Assembly (NCBI GenBank): GCA_028534125.1 | Contig: CM052816.1 | Location: 35,838,001 to 35,902,000 of the forward strand | DNA from: Lama glama | Lineage: Eukaryota | Direction of reading: 5' to 3' | Length of the DNA stretch: 64,000 nt | In this document: piece by piece, positions 61,601 to 64,000 of the stretch | Layout of the letters: each line of letters starts with the position of its first letter | Numbering within the stretch: position 1 is the first letter of the stretch | Translations under genes and position numbers: made by a program | The notes under the pieces: model-generated | Told to the model about the DNA's origin: nothing | What the model saw: the letters and a program-made list of their open reading frames with translations, nothing else | The model's database searches: none

Positions 61601-64000
61601 GATTTTTTTTTAAATCTTAATTTTGTTTGTTAGTAAAAAGGATTGGCTCCTAAAAGTTTCTCAGGGGCATTTTCTCAGACGACAACTTGAAACAAATATA
61701 GTAGATCTTGATGTAAAGAAGCCTTTATTGGTGCAACTAACTGCTCAACATATTTAAATATTCCTTCATTGACAAAATACTTTGTATCCACACCTGAAAC
61801 ATGGCTCTTTCCTTTCTTTGCTTCTTTTGTATATATGTGTATAGAAGCACTGGAGCTTTTTTACTTTTTTCTTTTTCTTTTTTTAAGGGAGTGTTTGTGA
61901 ACTTCATTCATATTTATCTCCCACACTGCATTAGCTCTCTGTTACCCACATGTGGTTTATTCAGCCTTGGGAATTATCTGCAGAAATTTGTCAAATCCCA
62001 GGCTGTGCTCCACCATCCTCATTTGTATGAATTATGTTAGTGTCATCAGCGTGTGCTGCGTTGAGCAGCCTGAACCAGGCATAGCTGGGAAGGCAAATCA
62101 ACCCATCCCCTCTGTATCATATTCTAAAGCAAAATATTCATCATTTTAGTCAATCTTTTGCCCTTTGAAATCATTCTAACCATTATGAGCATTGTTGACT
62201 ATGAATTATATGCACTTTGATTAAAGATAAAGCACCACATATTATAACATCTTATAATTCACTTTAATTCTCCAAACTTTCTTAGTGAAACTAAATCCTT
62301 TTGACTTGATCAAAGGTGCTACATGGAAAGATTTGATTGAACTTGGGATACTGGTTGCAATATAATGCTTATTAAATCCAAGCATAGCTTCTCTAATTAC
62401 CTCTCTAAACCCTTACTTAAATAAAATACTAGATCCTGAAGTGACTTATAATTTGAAGAATAATTTAAAAGTGGATTTTCTTTTGTTTTGGATATTAACC
62501 ATCTTTGGGCTTTAACCATGCATTCGCTCTCTCTTACTCTGTGTAGATAATATAAAGTGTGTCTAGTTTCTGACCTGTTCACTGTAAAACATGGCTTTCG
62601 GCATAACTGGGGGAAAGAAAAGATGAAAGAAGACACCCCGCCTTGTGCTGATTATATCTCCAACTGACTGAGGTTTCTGATCATGGGATAGAAGAGTTAT
62701 TAGTCAGATTTTAAGAGAAGCCAGCTTTTAGAGTACAGGAGAATTTTTTTTTTCGGTCTGCTCTCTAGAAACCAGAGAGGAAAGGACGCATAATGGGATG
62801 CTGTACTTGTGCATTTTGGCAAAGATCTAATCTTTTTGAATTCATTGCTTGTGAGTTATTATTTCTAATCACACGCTTGATTGACTCCAGCTAAATGACT
62901 GTCTGACTGCAAAGGCAGGGGTGTTAAATCCAAAACCATAAGTGCGCATTTTAGCTGAAAATGGGGATCATCACGGAATGCCTTCTCAATCAGTAGTGCC
63001 TGACACCCCCCTTCCACCCCGGATGTATTTTTAAATAGAAATCCTCTTGCATCCTCATGTAGGAACAGAGCATCACAGAGCGTGATTGAGCTCCAAGAGA
63101 GAAGATTGAAACCCTGGAGGGGATATCAAAATGATAAAAACTGAGGCTCCAATGGTGCCACAATGAGTGTAGTTAATATGCCACTTTAGTCTGACAAGCC
63201 AGTCAGGTGCTCCTTAAAACTTGAGATTACTGTGTCATTTTAAAGATTTTTTTTAAAGTGGAAGTAAGAGAGGTTAGCGGTAATATCTTTTAGAAACAGA
63301 ACTTGGCCATTTTTCTCAATGCTTTTTGTACGAAGATCTAGTAGATACCTGATTTCTTCTTTTTTGGGGTGGGGGACGGGTCGTTCACGTTGGTATTTTC
63401 CAACATCAAAACATCGTGCTCCTGAATAATTTGTTTTCATTCACAACAGAACGAGATAAAGGAAAATCCCATGTAGAAAAAGAAAACAGCAGTAATATCT
63501 GAGCTGTCTTTCCACAAAGGGCTTTTTTTGGTATCACTTATTTTAAAAAGTTAGAGTTGTTTGAACATTTAAATATACTGTTCATCATACTGTTATATAT
63601 GGTTTGTTGATTATATCACTATTCTTGCTTTAATATCCTACAAATATTCAACAATTGCTTCTGGATTTTTGAGAGAGAACAATCCCACAATTTGGAACCT
63701 AACAGATTAATGTGAATGTATCTGCCTGGCGTTCTGAAAGCTAAAATATAACCATAGGTCTTTACTGGAGAAAAGAGCCTTTTCTAGAGTCCACTGCATG
63801 TGCTCCAAGATCGTATGTGTGTTGCCTTCAAAATAAGGCAGAATTATAAATGGACACATGATGAATGGTCTGAACACCTTTCTGCTTGGGAGAACGCCAG
63901 TGAAAGCTGAGTGTTTTCATGTATGACTAGCTTGTTTTTTTTAACCAGTATATTTCAGTGGCAATTTAAAAATAATTGTAGCTTTTACATTAGATAATAA

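Larger units (their letters stand above)
13441..64000 (+). other. EFNA5: EFNA5 intron 1 (continues beyond the window)
   Basis: Starts GTAAGG. No exon-2 peptide (FQRGDYHIDVCINDYLDV...) appears in the ORF track. AT-rich and CpG-depleted with old repeats. EFNA5 intron 1 is known to be very long. Confidence 0.9.

Noticed and set aside
1..64000. CRISPR array, operon, defence island or other prokaryote-type system
   Set aside because: The sequence is clearly mammalian (CpG island, spliced exon, MIR/L2/L1). No repeat-spacer arrays or gene-dense coding regions were seen.

Overview
Mammalian genomic DNA, most likely from a camelid given two Vic-1-like tRNA-derived SINEs. The window covers the 5' end of EFNA5 (ephrin-A5) on the + strand. 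It contains about 10 kb of repeat-containing upstream DNA, a ~4 kb CpG-island promoter, coding exon 1 (13316-13440, signal peptide to ...YWNSSNPR) and the first ~50 kb of a very large intron 1. Exon 2 is not in the window. The intron holds a full-length retroposed U6 pseudogene with target-site duplications, L1 3' fragments, and MIR, L2, MER5 and MLT1 relics. I see no evidence of a novel multi-gene system, and the other ORFs in the track look spurious. The best leads are regulatory hypotheses: an isolated intronic micro-CpG island flanked by HIF-type and metal-response motifs (~47 kb), a SOX plus MARE/ARE composite (~30.3 kb), a single uORF and an in-frame GTG in the EFNA5 leader, and candidate recursive or cryptic splice sites. 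Family names and reference comparisons come from recalled consensus sequences, not database searches, and old-repeat boundaries are approximate.
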